Origin: a virus
Length of the DNA: 64,000 nucleotides
IMG/VR virus record: IMGVR_UViG_3300013127_000002
Location: 1 to 64,000 of that record
Direction: 5' to 3' (one strand)
A program made the translations under genes and the position numbers. The notes below the pieces were generated by a model. It did not search any database, was not told the DNA's origin, and saw nothing but the letters and a program-made list of their open reading frames with translations. Positions 26,949-35,128 of this stretch are shown here, in pieces. The stretch's first letter is position 1. Each line of letters starts with the position of its first letter.

Positions 26949-28688
26949 GTGATGCCTTTCAAGAGCGAAGCGCAGCGCCGTAAGTTTCACGTCATGGCCG
27001 AGCGGGGAGAGATCTCCGAGAAGAAGGTCAGTGAGTGGGAGCACGAGACTCCCAAGAAGGTGAAGGAAAACTTGCCTTACCATGTAAAGAAGTCCTCTCA
27101 GGAGATCGCCAACGAGGTTCTGTCGAAGCTGGGTGCCAACCTGCCCAAAAACATCGGCGTTTTCACTGCGGGATCGGGTGGGCCTAAGGCTTTGGAGCGT
27201 GTCATGAAAGCAGAGCGCTCCATCCCACGACCTCCCCCGGCGAAGCCGGATGTCCCGATCGAGTGGCGGAAGTCGATGGCGCAACGCCCCGCGCCGCAGA
27301 ACGAGATGTTGAAGTTTTTCTCTCTCAAGGAAGGACAGATCCCGGCGTCCCCGAACTCACCCGTGGGGTCTTCAGGCATGCCTACCGAGACCCCGACGGC
27401 TGCCAGCGTGGGCATGGGGAAAGGCAACCAGGCTCCGGCGTTCGGCCAGCCCGGCAAGATGGGCAGCGCTCTCGGTCTTCTCGGCAAGTTCGCGTCGGCA
27501 GATCCGTCAGCTGTGGAGGCCGCGGTTCTCAAGGCTTCTGGACCCGGTGGTGGTTCGAAGCTCTGGCAGAGTCTCACAGGTCTCTCGGATGATGTTCTAC
27601 TGGCCGGGATGAACATGAAGGAGAAACAGCGCCGGGCCCTGGAGCGTGGCTCTGAGAAGAACGCGGCTGAGACTCTGGCGTCTTCGATACTGATGCTCAC
27701 GAAGATGAGCGAGGTTCCGAAGAAGCAGACCGAGGACAAGCTCAAGGGCGGACTTGCCGACAACAAGCCGGCCAGTGACTTCGACCCGGACCAGATGGAG
27801 ATGGGCAAGAAGGTCGAGCTCGAACACACGGATGACCCGCAGCTCGCAGAGGAGATCGCGAAGGACCACCTCGACGAGATCAAGGACTACTACACCCGTC
27901 TGAACAAGATGGAGGACGAGGCACCGAAGAGCGCGGCAGCGGCGTGTGACACCCCCGGCGAGAAGATCCGGAGCAAGGGCAAGGGTCGTGGGGAGGCTCA
28001 CGGCAAGGGAGAAGGCCCGCTGGGTCGAGTCCGCCAGATGTTGGAAGACGAAGAGAAGAAGGCGGCGCTGACACGTGCCGAGCGAGGCATCTACGAAAAC
28101 GAAGACGCGAAACGCCGGCATTTCAGCGCCATGATGGCCAGCGAATCTCCCATGAAGACCGCAGAGATGCTTCGAGAGTCGCCGCTCTATTCGTCAACCC
28201 CGCTCCCACAGTCTTCGCCTTCGGATATTCTCCAGCTTCTCAAGGCACAGGCGTTGATCGAGCAGCAACAGCAGCAGATGAAGATGGGACAGATCAACGA
28301 CCCGGGTGACGGGCCGCACCTCCCGTATCAGATGGAAAATGAGAATTCCGGCGACCAGATGCCGATGGGCGACATCCAGGCAAAGATGCAGCAGCAAGCG
28401 ATGCTGGAGCGTCTCTACGCCGAGCAGATGCGGGCCAAGCAGGTCGAGGACACGTACAAGGGCAAGGTCCGCAGGGGTGAGCTCATCGGCGGGATTGGCG
28501 GCTTGCTGGGTGGCGGACTCCTGGGTCACGTTGTCAGCGCCGGCACGGGCGTCCACATGCCTGCGACGTTCCTTAGTGCCGGAGCTGGTGGTTTACTCGG
28601 TAAACACATCGGCCAGGGCATCGGACAACAGCAGGGTTTGGAGTATCTCCACCAGTACAGCGGGGTGCCGTGGGGGATCCAAAGATGA
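26949..28688 (+). CDS. Modular polyprotein-like protein: MPFKSxAQRR module, internal leader, DUF5661-like module, Gly zipper
   Basis: Internal KKSSQEIANEVLSKLG; GLAD...G.KVE.EHT.D...A.EIA.DHL.E...YYT.L..ME; many KxA/KxG junctions. Confidence 0.75.
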   Translation: MMPFKSEAQRRKFHVMAERGEISEKKVSEWEHETPKKVKENLPYHVKKSSQEIANEVLSKLGANLPKNIGVFTAGSGGPKALERVMKAERSIPRPPPAKPDVPIEWRKSMAQRPAPQNEMLKFFSLKEGQIPASPNSPVGSSGMPTETPTAASVGMGKGNQAPAFGQPGKMGSALGLLGKFASADPSAVEAAVLKASGPGGGSKLWQSLTGLSDDVLLAGMNMKEKQRRALERGSEKNAAETLASSILMLTKMSEVPKKQTEDKLKGGLADNKPASDFDPDQMEMGKKVELEHTDDPQLAEEIAKDHLDEIKDYYTRLNKMEDEAPKSAAAACDTPGEKIRSKGKGRGEAHGKGEGPLGRVRQMLEDEEKKAALTRAERGIYENEDAKRRHFSAMMASESPMKTAEMLRESPLYSSTPLPQSSPSDILQLLKAQALIEQQQQQMKMGQINDPGDGPHLPYQMENENSGDQMPMGDIQAKMQQQAMLERLYAEQMRAKQVEDTYKGKVRRGELIGGIGGLLGGGLLGHVVSAGTGVHMPATFLSAGAGGLLGKHIGQGIGQQQGLEYLHQYSGVPWGIQR

Positions 28689-29635
28689 AGCACGTTGTCA
28701 CCCAGATCGTTCAGGCAACACAACAGCTGAACGAGAAACGATCGTCCATCTCCCAGCTGTTAGGGAGTGCGGAGCGTTCTCCTGTGTGGCATGACGTGGC
28801 GGAAATCGGCGGGTTGGGCCTTCTTGCCGCACCCTCTGTTGCTGACCTGGCGGGTGATCCCTGGAAAGAGAAGAACAAGGCACTGGCTGAGATCGCAGGA
28901 CTCGGCATTCTTGCTGCTCCATCGGCGCACAACCTCATCGGAAAGATCAGACAGCCGAAGGTTGCCGCGGATGAGCGCATCGGAGGGCCATACCTCCGGT
29001 ACGACAACGAAACGTCGAACAAGGCGATCGGAATGCCCCCCGAGGAGCCGCAGTCCCCGGCCTTCTCAAGACCCGAACCTCCGTACAACGGCGGCTACAC
29101 GATGAACGATGTCAGCCTGCCGCGCTACCAGTTCGAAGTGTCCGAGCAGCCGACGTTGGGGACGTCGAAGGCGCTGCCTTCCGCGAAAGAGTCTGTTGCG
29201 TCTGTTATCGACAAGATTGCCCAGGGCGTAGACGACATGAACCAGGAGATGGCGCCGTACTACTCCCAGCAGCCGCAGTACATAGTGCTCCCGCCGCGGG
29301 AGAAGCCGTCCGGGTCTTTCGTGCCTCCCTTCGTGGGTGCGGCTGTCGGCGCACCTCTCGGGTGGCATGTCGGAGAACAGATGGGCCTGTCCAAGTACCC
29401 CGGGTACAAGACGCTGGATAAGGCCGTGGACTGGCTGGGCAATCAGAGCTCGAAGCTCCCGAACTCGCCGCTGGTTCGTGATGCTGCTGACGTAGCCGGC
29501 GGAACCTTGTGGGGCAAGTACCAAGGCTTCAAGATGCTCGGGCCGATTGGTATGTACCGCTTGGGCGGTGCGGCGCTGGGTCTCGGTGGTGGGCTTCTGG
29601 CAGGTGCGCTGGTCAACAAGGCGATGGAAGACTAA
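28685..29635 (+). CDS. Modular Gly-zipper protein
   Basis: Duplicated AEI.GLG.LAAPS; internal KVAA and KIAQG; C-terminal zipper. Confidence 0.7.
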   Translation: MKHVVTQIVQATQQLNEKRSSISQLLGSAERSPVWHDVAEIGGLGLLAAPSVADLAGDPWKEKNKALAEIAGLGILAAPSAHNLIGKIRQPKVAADERIGGPYLRYDNETSNKAIGMPPEEPQSPAFSRPEPPYNGGYTMNDVSLPRYQFEVSEQPTLGTSKALPSAKESVASVIDKIAQGVDDMNQEMAPYYSQQPQYIVLPPREKPSGSFVPPFVGAAVGAPLGWHVGEQMGLSKYPGYKTLDKAVDWLGNQSSKLPNSPLVRDAADVAGGTLWGKYQGFKMLGPIGMYRLGGAALGLGGGLLAGALVNKAMED

Positions 29636-29637
29636 CA

Positions 29638-30507
29638 ATGAACGAGTACTTTTCCCGCGGTGTCTACGCGGCGCTCACCAAATTGGGGATGAGTCCCGAG
29701 GTGCTCGCCGAGCATCATGCTCGGATCATTAACGCCGCGAAGCGACAAGGTCACAAAGTTCCGACGTTCGCCGAGCTTAACGAGATCCTGCCCCCCGGCT
29801 GGGAGAAGAAGTACAAGGGCTCCTGGCAGGAAGCGTATCTCGGATCCGACTGGCTGAAGCAGCGCAACTCCGAAGTGCTGGAAGCCAAAGAGAGAGCACG
29901 TGAGAACGCGGCGTACCAGGCGGCACGGGCACGTCAGTCTGCGTCTTCTTCAAGGCGGCGGCAGTCGACAGGTGCGTCTTCTTATGACCCGTGGGAGGAG
30001 TACGCACGAAAGGAGTACGCACGAGCTCGTGAGGCAGGGCGGTGGGAGGAGTACGCACGAGAGGAGTACGCACGAGCTCGTGAGGCAGGGCGGCAGAAAG
30101 CAAAAGAGTCTCCTTACTCCAAGGCTTGGGAGGACTACAAAGCTCGAAGAGCGGAAGAGCAGGCCGAGTACGCGTCGCAGAAGGCAGAGAATGACCGCAA
30201 GTGGGAGGAGTCGAAGCGCCGCTGGGCCGAACAAGACGCCGAGTCGGCCCGTCGCTACGCTGCGCGCCAGGCCAAGTACGATGCCGCGCAGAACGCAGCA
30301 GCCGCACGACGTCGTGCGGCGCAGAGTGAGTTCCACAGTAGCTTCGAGGGTGGAGGAGGTTCGTCTTCCCGCCCGCGCTCTGGTGGTACTAGCGGCTTGG
30401 GTCTCGCCATCGGGTTAGGGGTGCCACTCACCGTAGCCCTGGCGTATGGACTGTCCGGAAGTTCGGACAGCAGCAAGAAGAAGGCTAAGAAGCGGGCAGC
30501 TCGCTGA
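29638..30507 (+). CDS. Type-2 leader coiled-coil protein with C-terminal TM
   Basis: MNEYFSRGVYAALTKLG; tandem repeat; GLGLAIGLG. Confidence 0.7.
   Translation: MNEYFSRGVYAALTKLGMSPEVLAEHHARIINAAKRQGHKVPTFAELNEILPPGWEKKYKGSWQEAYLGSDWLKQRNSEVLEAKERARENAAYQAARARQSASSSRRRQSTGASSYDPWEEYARKEYARAREAGRWEEYAREEYARAREAGRQKAKESPYSKAWEDYKARRAEEQAEYASQKAENDRKWEESKRRWAEQDAESARRYAARQAKYDAAQNAAAARRRAAQSEFHSSFEGGGGSSSRPRSGGTSGLGLAIGLGVPLTVALAYGLSGSSDSSKKKAKKRAAR
29991..30092 (+). repeat. 51-bp tandem duplication (2 copies, 1 mismatch), in frame
   Basis: Encodes WEEYAR(K/E)EYARAREAGR twice. Confidence 0.9.
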
Positions 30508-31051
30508 TAGCCTTCTTGAACCACTCCCTCACTTTTGCTTCAGGCCAAGCGTACAGGTAATCGGGCCCGCTCAACACCTTCACGTAGTGTTCGATGTCCG
30601 GGGACCATCCGTACTTCTTTTCTATTTTGTATTCGACGAGAAATGCCTCTCTCTCGAACCTGAAGCGGAACCATGAACGCCACGCAGGAAGTGGTACAAA
30701 TAGATAGAGGAACAGGAACGGCCACATCCCGATCGACGCCTCTCCCAGACCGAGCGCCGCGCACTGTTTCACGTGGACTGTTTCATGTTTCAGGGTGATG
30801 TAGTCACTGAACGTGACGTGCTTCAAGTCGGTGGACTCGGGGTACGCGATGAGGGGGCCGAGGGTTGTGGCCCGTCGCATGAAGTCGCTTTTCTTGAAGC
30901 CCCGCACGACCCAGAAGATCCAGTCTATTGCTTTCCAGAACCAGCGGTGACGTGCCTTTGTCGTTACAAAACCGCCGTACCTTTCGTCGAGTTCGTCACA
31001 GTCGAGGTTGAACCAGGTCTGGATCACCTCGGGATTTTGAGGAAGAGTCAT
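30485..31051 (-). CDS. Putative zinc metallopeptidase (HExxH...E), membrane-associated
   Basis: HETVH..Q followed by a hydrophobic segment and FEREAF; GGAGG RBS. Confidence 0.7.
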   Translation of the reverse strand: MTLPQNPEVIQTWFNLDCDELDERYGGFVTTKARHRWFWKAIDWIFWVVRGFKKSDFMRRATTLGPLIAYPESTDLKHVTFSDYITLKHETVHVKQCAALGLGEASIGMWPFLFLYLFVPLPAWRSWFRFRFEREAFLVEYKIEKKYGWSPDIEHYVKVLSGPDYLYAWPEAKVREWFKKAISELPAS

Positions 31052-31184
31052 GTTGCACCTCCATGACTAGGAGTGTAGCACGCTGAAAACAGAAAGGAGT
31101 TAGGTATGAGCATTGGCATTACGAGCGCATATTTGACGACCTCTTCGTCGTACTTGAGACGTACGGCGAGAAAGGGAAAAGCCG

Positions 31185-32468
31185 ATGAACAACTTCCATT
31201 TCAGAAGATTCCGCGATCAGTGCCAGCGGTACATCGACGAGTACACGGACATCTGGCAGGCGGGATTGCCAGAGTACAGTGGGGACTTCTCCACAGCAGC
31301 GAGAGACTACTTCCACCAGATGGCAGAGAGGTTTCATGATCAGGAGAGGTCGTGGGGATCGGTGGAAAAGAATATCAGGAGCAACCTGATCATCTACCCG
31401 GTGTTCGAGAGCATCATCCGGCGTTGTCCTGTGCCGCACAGCTACTCGGCGCTGGTGTCGATGCCGGAGTTACATTGGCTCACGCAGTTCTTGAGTGTTA
31501 CGGTCGCGCCTGCCGAGTCAGTGGACGCGTTCATGGAGAGTCTCCTGACTACGCTCATGATGTGGTTCATGAACCACAGCATGCGGGGATGCGGGGACAA
31601 GGCTTACGTCGTAAAGCCGGATCTCCGGTGGGCGCTGGAGAACACGGAGCTCAAGGGGTTTCCGTCTGACGACCTGCGGCTTCCGTTTCCGGTTATCTAC
31701 ATCGACGCGGAGGGGTTCATCGATGTCTATAACCCGCTTACCGGCATGCACAAGTCACTCGGTGTTTACGTCATGGAAGACAACACCAGGACGCCGAGAG
31801 TCTGGCGTCTCCTCATTGTCGGCAAGGGCAAGTCCGACAGTGCGCTGGGACCGGAGTACGACGACGCGCTCTACCACTACCAGATTCTGTTTCCCGAAGG
31901 GGGCACGGTTGACGACGCCCTCCAGTACTCCTTTGACTTCATGGTGGGCAAGGAGACTCAGACAATCGAGGTCGAGTTCGACGGGCGCAAGTTGAAGGTA
32001 CAGAGCAGCTTCGGACGGGAGGAGAACAGGGAGAGTTTCATCATGATGTGGCAGAACCTTGTGCATCTGTTCAAGTATGTGATGAACGTGATCGTGTATA
32101 CGACGACGCAGGATGCAGATGTCAGACTCAGGGCCACGTCTCCGGCGTATCTGGCGCTCAGGGAGCGTGCGATGAAGACGTCTGGTGAAAAACGGAGGCG
32201 CCTCTTCGACCGACTGAAGGGTATCGAGCCAAACAACGCGTTTGTTCTCGGCGGGAACATCACCATCGACCGGCAGCCCAAAGAAGCTTCAGATTTGGTA
32301 GAAGAACATGAACGCCGGAAGCAACGTGTGCGCTCGTTGGTGAGCGGTCACTATCACACGTACAGGATCGGCACCGGCCGGACGGAGTCGATCAGGAAGT
32401 GGCTGTCCCCGTACTGGCGGGGACCTGAGCACGCGCCTCTTACGACCAAGACGCGCGTCGTGAAGTGA
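31185..32468 (+). CDS. Hypothetical phage protein (C-terminal V.GH...G.GR....KW..PYW.G motif)
   Basis: 427 aa ORF; motif typical of a phage hypothetical family. Confidence 0.7.
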   Translation: MNNFHFRRFRDQCQRYIDEYTDIWQAGLPEYSGDFSTAARDYFHQMAERFHDQERSWGSVEKNIRSNLIIYPVFESIIRRCPVPHSYSALVSMPELHWLTQFLSVTVAPAESVDAFMESLLTTLMMWFMNHSMRGCGDKAYVVKPDLRWALENTELKGFPSDDLRLPFPVIYIDAEGFIDVYNPLTGMHKSLGVYVMEDNTRTPRVWRLLIVGKGKSDSALGPEYDDALYHYQILFPEGGTVDDALQYSFDFMVGKETQTIEVEFDGRKLKVQSSFGREENRESFIMMWQNLVHLFKYVMNVIVYTTTQDADVRLRATSPAYLALRERAMKTSGEKRRRLFDRLKGIEPNNAFVLGGNITIDRQPKEASDLVEEHERRKQRVRSLVSGHYHTYRIGTGRTESIRKWLSPYWRGPEHAPLTTKTRVVK

Positions 32469-32477
32469 GGAGGTTGC

Positions 32478-32702
32478 ATGGAGAAAAAGATAGTCGATAC
32501 TCCGGAGATCCCTCCGGGACTTGAAGACCACTTGACTGTCCGCAACGGTAAGGTGGTACGGAAGAAGTGGGACATGTTGGGAATTCCTTCTCCGCAGGAA
32601 GCGGTCGAGGCGCTCAAGAGGGCGGGCATGCTTACCGACGAGGACGAGCGCCAGGTGCTTAAGGAAGCGGGTATGCTCGACGATGAGGAGGAACATGAGT
32701 AG
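32478..32702 (+). CDS. Hypothetical protein
   Basis: GGAGG RBS. Confidence 0.6.
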   Translation: MEKKIVDTPEIPPGLEDHLTVRNGKVVRKKWDMLGIPSPQEAVEALKRAGMLTDEDERQVLKEAGMLDDEEEHE

Positions 32703-32886
32703 CGCGGAAAGATCCCAGAACAAGAAGCGCAACGCGATCGGCGACCAGTACCCTGATGTCACGCACATCCGGTCGGAGGAGAACAAGACCGAGGCCCTGT
32801 GCAAGGCGTCGTCCCCGAAGGCGATGCGGTTCGTTCCGGCCGACAAGGCGACGTGCCGGTCTTGCCGCAGGAGGAACGCGAAATGA
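32695..32886 (+). CDS. Small His/Cys zinc-binding protein
   Basis: H...LC...TCRSC. Confidence 0.6.
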   Translation: MSSAERSQNKKRNAIGDQYPDVTHIRSEENKTEALCKASSPKAMRFVPADKATCRSCRRRNAK

Positions 32887-33080
32887 GCTACCGGTGCAAG
32901 AAGTGCAACGCGATCGTTCCCTAGAACGCGGCGATGCTGCGTATCACCAAGTACAGGACCGTGAAGACCGCGGAGTCCGAGAGGCTGTGGCGGGAGATCG
33001 AGTCCGAGATGTCCGTCTGCGCCGAGTGCTTCAAGACGCACACGACGCAGGACCTTGCCGAGAAGTTCAAGAACGGTTAA
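32883..33080 (+). pseudogene. Zn-finger ORF interrupted by an in-frame TAG (32922-32924)
   Basis: MSYRCKKCNAIVP*NAAML...CAECFK...; ATGA-coupled start. Confidence 0.6.
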
Positions 33081-33117
33081 CCTGGAGTCAACGGGTGTCC
33101 AACCCGTCTCCATAATC

Positions 33118-33256
33118 GGCACTGCGCCCCGGGGAGGGTTAAATCCCCGCGAGGTTGCCGGAGGGGTCGAGCGGTAAGTGAGCGTGCACGCGTTCCGGAC
33201 ACGAAGTCGCGCAACGATCCGATGAACCCCTTCCGCACTTCGCGACGAGCGGTGCC
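33118..33256 (+). ncRNA. Candidate structured RNA (unclassified)
   Basis: Nested stems GGCACTGC/GCGGTGCC, GGGGA/TCCCC, CGCGAGGT..GC.GGAGGGG/CCCCTTCCGCACTTCGCG. Confidence 0.4.
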
Positions 33257-33276
33257 CCCTACACTCAGGAGGCGAG

Positions 33277-33603
33277 ATGTCAGGAGCAGAAAGAAAGATG
33301 GCGCGGGCGAAACAAAAGAAGGGCGGGGTGAAGATCGAGATCGATTACACGCAGCTCGGCGAGATGCTCATGCCGCGGATGCTTGAAATCCTCAAGCAGA
33401 CCCTCCCGCAGAAGGAGACGTACGAGAAGGCCATCGCCGAGCTGAATTCCGCGAACGTTGATCTCCAACAGAAGAACAAGGTACTTCTCGACCAGCTCGA
33501 AAAGTACAACAAGGAGATCGACGGGTCCTTCCAGGACCACGAAAACCGGCTCCAAGCTCTGGAGGGTAAACGAGAGCAGGTCACACCCGAGACCACACCG
33601 TAA
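33277..33603 (+). CDS. Coiled-coil protein
   Basis: AGGAGG RBS; heptad pattern. Confidence 0.65.
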   Translation: MSGAERKMARAKQKKGGVKIEIDYTQLGEMLMPRMLEILKQTLPQKETYEKAIAELNSANVDLQQKNKVLLDQLEKYNKEIDGSFQDHENRLQALEGKREQVTPETTP

Positions 33604-33681
33604 TACCTGAGATTCCACGAGAGACAAAAGAGAGAAAAAACCAGCAGCGCGGTATGGCACCGTGCGGGAAGGGAAATCGCT

Positions 33682-34299
33682 ATGGCAAGATTCTTCACGA
33701 ACACAGCCCCCGGGATCATCGTTCAGACGGACCCCTACACCTTCGTTCCCGTGGGCAATGAGCTGGGGCGACACGTGCGTGTTGCGTGCGGCAAAAAGAC
33801 GCCGCCGGACCTGGTTCGCAAGAAGGTGGAGGGGATGCAGTTCGAGCGGGCGTTCATCGAGCGCGGGAGCTACATGCGCCTGAAGCCCAAGCTGATCGAG
33901 GAGGGGGTCGGAGGAGAGGAGCAGCCGGTGCGGCAGGAGCAGAAGGACCGCGTTCTCCTGGTCAACGAGCGGGAGAACGACACCATGAACGCGATCGTTC
34001 TGGTGCAGCTGCCCAGCGGCTACAAGGGCGACAGCGTCATCAGCGTTCACGACAAGGCGCAGATCATCGCGGACTGTTTCGTCGGACACGGCGTGAGAGG
34101 CTCCCTCGGGGTGAGCCACCACGTCCTCGCCTACATGGCACCCGGCGGGGAGTTGCGCGGCCAGGTCACGGGCCACCGGGTCAAGAACCCGTGCAACCGT
34201 TGGGTCTTCGACGGTGAAGAGATCGTCTGCATCGAAGGTGGCGAGGACGTGTTCTACAACGCGTCCGAACACACCGCCCGCCTCGACACCCTCCCCTAG
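33682..34299 (+). CDS. Hypothetical protein
   Basis: 205 aa ORF with typical codon bias; converges with the minus-strand block. Confidence 0.7.
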   Translation: MARFFTNTAPGIIVQTDPYTFVPVGNELGRHVRVACGKKTPPDLVRKKVEGMQFERAFIERGSYMRLKPKLIEEGVGGEEQPVRQEQKDRVLLVNERENDTMNAIVLVQLPSGYKGDSVISVHDKAQIIADCFVGHGVRGSLGVSHHVLAYMAPGGELRGQVTGHRVKNPCNRWVFDGEEIVCIEGGEDVFYNASEHTARLDTLP

Positions 34300-34592
34300 T
34301 TCGGGGGCATCAACTCTTCGAAGTCCATTTGACGAGGAGGCTTCCCATCGGGGGAGCTTTCTTTTGCCTCGCCGTCGATGATGATCCCCCGGGCAGTGAG
34401 CTTGACGCGCTGGAGGCGGTGAGTCTCACCGTCGGTCATTTCGATGAAGCCTTGCACGTCCGGGTGTGCAGCATCGATCTCGATGTTCATTCTCCGTACG
34501 TGCCCGAGGAGCTTGCCGCCCGGGCTAAAAAGAAGGGCGTCACTGATTAGGCCCGTCGGACTCTGGATCCGGTACGTCCCGTTTTTCAACAT
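34296..34592 (-). CDS. Hypothetical protein
   Basis: AAGGA RBS. Confidence 0.6.
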   Translation of the reverse strand: MLKNGTYRIQSPTGLISDALLFSPGGKLLGHVRRMNIEIDAAHPDVQGFIEMTDGETHRLQRVKLTARGIIIDGEAKESSPDGKPPRQMDFEELMPPN

Positions 34593-34872
34593 TGGCGTTT
34601 CCTTTGTTGTAGTTGAGTGCCGCCATGCGGACGAACTTGTCGACGTCTGCCTGTCTGCTGTTGAAGGAAACAGCGACGAATCCCATGACGAAGACGATGC
34701 CGACCATGAAGGCCGAGAGAGACCAGCCGATCTCGTCTTGCTTGACGAGTGCTACGATTGCCATTGCGGCGAGCATCGCGTCCACCACGAAGAACGCGAT
34801 GAACTTCTTGCTGGCATACCATGCTTTCTCGAACACCTCACGAGTCAGCTCTCTTTTTTCCATCTTCGTCAT
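34540..34872 (-). CDS. Two-TM membrane protein (holin-like)
   Basis: SKKF motif followed by two hydrophobic helices; AAGGAG RBS. Confidence 0.55.
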   Translation of the reverse strand: MTKMEKRELTREVFEKAWYASKKFIAFFVVDAMLAAMAIVALVKQDEIGWSLSAFMVGIVFVMGFVAVSFNSRQADVDKFVRMAALNYNKGNANVEKRDVPDPESDGPNQ

Positions 34873-34888
34873 GGGTCGTCTCCTTGTT

Positions 34889-35128
34889 TCAGTGGGATTC
34901 CACCGTTTGTGGAAGCACGTGTTCCTTGATGGTGACAGTATACGTCCGCGGCTTCGCCCTCACCACCATTCCGAGTTCCTGGTCCCACTCCAGCCCGCGG
35001 TCGATGCTGTAGATGACATCGAAGATGTCAGGCTCCTTCTCCATCGACTGGCGGAGCCTGCCCAGTGTCTCGATCAGGTTGTCCATCACCTTGAGCATCG
35101 AGTCCTTCATTTCCACCGTCAGCTCCAT
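34889..35128 (-). CDS. Hypothetical protein
   Basis: AGGAG RBS. Confidence 0.55.
   Translation of the reverse strand: MELTVEMKDSMLKVMDNLIETLGRLRQSMEKEPDIFDVIYSIDRGLEWDQELGMVVRAKPRTYTVTIKEHVLPQTVESH

Noticed and set aside
19559-30507. Bacteriocin/RiPP cluster with double-glycine leaders
   Set aside because: Leaders end in KLA/KLG rather than GG, and no peptidase-ABC exporter or modification enzymes are in the window; a virion-cargo reading fits better, though it is unproven
33084-33270. tRNA, tmRNA or cobalamin riboswitch
   Set aside because: No cloverleaf, T-loop or conserved riboswitch boxes could be matched; kept only as an unclassified RNA candidate
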